From assembly GCA_036785375.1 (NCBI GenBank), contig JAWMAR010000872.1, positions 124,001-188,000 of the forward strand: a stretch of 64,000 nt of DNA, written 5' to 3'. The notes under the pieces are model-generated. The model saw only the letters and a list, made by a program, of their open reading frames with translations, was not told where the DNA came from and did no database searches. The translations under genes and the position numbers were made by a program. This DNA is from Leucoraja ocellata (Eukaryota). Below, one piece after another: positions 62,991 through 64,000 of this stretch (positions are counted from its first letter, which is position 1; the number at the start of each line of letters is the position of its first letter).

Positions 62991-63648
62991 GTTATTTTCT
63001 TAGTACTGTAGTATTAAAGAGAAGATAGGTACTTAAAATAAAGACCTATGCCATTTCCAGGGCCCTTTCCCAGGTCAAGATGAGCACTGCTCGGTTGCAG
63101 GGAAAATCTGCTGCTACTCTGTACCATTCTACCCTAGCTCAATATATTTTTCATTTCTCATTTAAATTTTTATTTTAACTGGCAATGCTGACAATGGATA
63201 TGGCATTAGTGAGGATGTTGAAATAACTGTCCCTGGGAAAGATGCTAGGTGGTCACCCTGCATTCCTAGCGCACGCCCTTTGCTACTACTAACACCCTCA
63301 AGCCGAGGTCTACATTACAGAGGTCACAACTGCAACAATTATCACTGCTGTGGCACAATCTTAAAATCAATATGCTTGCACAGGACTAACCCCTACAAAA
63401 GTTATACCAGAGGCCGGAGGATTCCTATGTACTCAAAGGAGCCAGTACTTCATGTCATCGGATAATCCTTGGACATATGCAGTCTGTGCTATGCTACATA
63501 CTTCTACCAGTCTAGCACAAAGTGTACTGCCCATTATGTGTTTGAGGCTATGCACTAGTTTTGTGTGTGTGTGTGTGTGCGTTATTTTCTTAGTAGTATT
63601 AAAGAGAAGATAGGTAAAATAAAGACCTATGCCATTTCCAGGGCCCTT
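62991..63648 (+). repeat. Local ~70-bp direct repeat (62991-63067 / 63581-63648)
   Basis: gttattttcttagta..gtattaaagagaagataggta..aaataaagacctatgccatttccagggccctt occurs twice; the copies differ by 5-nt and 4-nt indels. Confidence 0.9.
63562..63579 (+). repeat. (TG)n microsatellite
   Basis: Direct reading. Confidence 0.85.
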
Positions 63649-63854
63649 GTACAATGTTTTACTGCTCCCCACTACAATGTGAGTACCATGTAAGAATGAG
63701 CTCGCAGGGATTGCAATATGGAGGTGATGAATCCCAGACTTGCATAGGAACTTTCACATCACTTTACTGTGTGCTGGCTCTGACAGTTCATGGTTATTTG
63801 TGGAACTATCCCCTGCCTCATGAAAACTGTGAGCACTTAGTCACAGTGGCATAG

Positions 63855-64000
63855 CCTTACAGCATGGAAACAGGCCCTTCGGCCCAACTTGCCCACACCA
63901 GCCAACATATCCCATCTACACTAGTCCCACCTGCCTGCATTTGGCCCCCCTACCATGTAAACCGATCCTATCCATGCACCTTTCTAAATGTTTCAATAGT
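63855..64000 (-). mobile_element. CR1 3' fragment (runs off the window)
   Basis: tacagcatggaaacaggcccttcggcccaacttgccc...; similar to 37200-37340. Confidence 0.8.

Noticed and set aside
1-64000. CRISPR array, operons or other prokaryotic systems
   Set aside because: No regularly spaced repeats and no gene-dense regions; the repeat content is vertebrate.

Overview
This is eukaryotic, AT-rich, repeat-dense non-coding DNA. The repeat content (CR1 LINE fragments, V-SINEs and Deu-SINEs, Penelope-like element ends, L2, Rex1/Babar, RTE) points to a cartilaginous fish, most likely a skate or ray (inference). I found no convincing host protein-coding gene; the listed ORFs are chance ORFs or retroelement remnants. 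TE-poor blocks at about 4.4-5.7, 40.2-45.8 and 47.5-49.5 kb look like conserved non-coding or enhancer DNA. The most notable content is a set of very small mobile elements carrying self-cleaving ribozyme folds. (1) A 136-bp element flanked by a target-site duplication (TSD) at 60053-60188 (-) starts with a complete 54-nt HDV-like ribozyme. (2) A 70-bp element at 57639-57708 (-) is little more than an HDV-like ribozyme plus the same 3' tail; its P3/L3 matches the mammalian CPEB3 ribozyme as I recall it. (3) Many Penelope-derived mini-elements carry minimal hammerhead motifs, several as TSD-flanked fold-back palindromes. Also present are an internally deleted HERO (R2-group) element and an L2 insertion that captured nearby genomic DNA. 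All family assignments are from recognition, not database searches, and the boundaries of degraded repeats are approximate.
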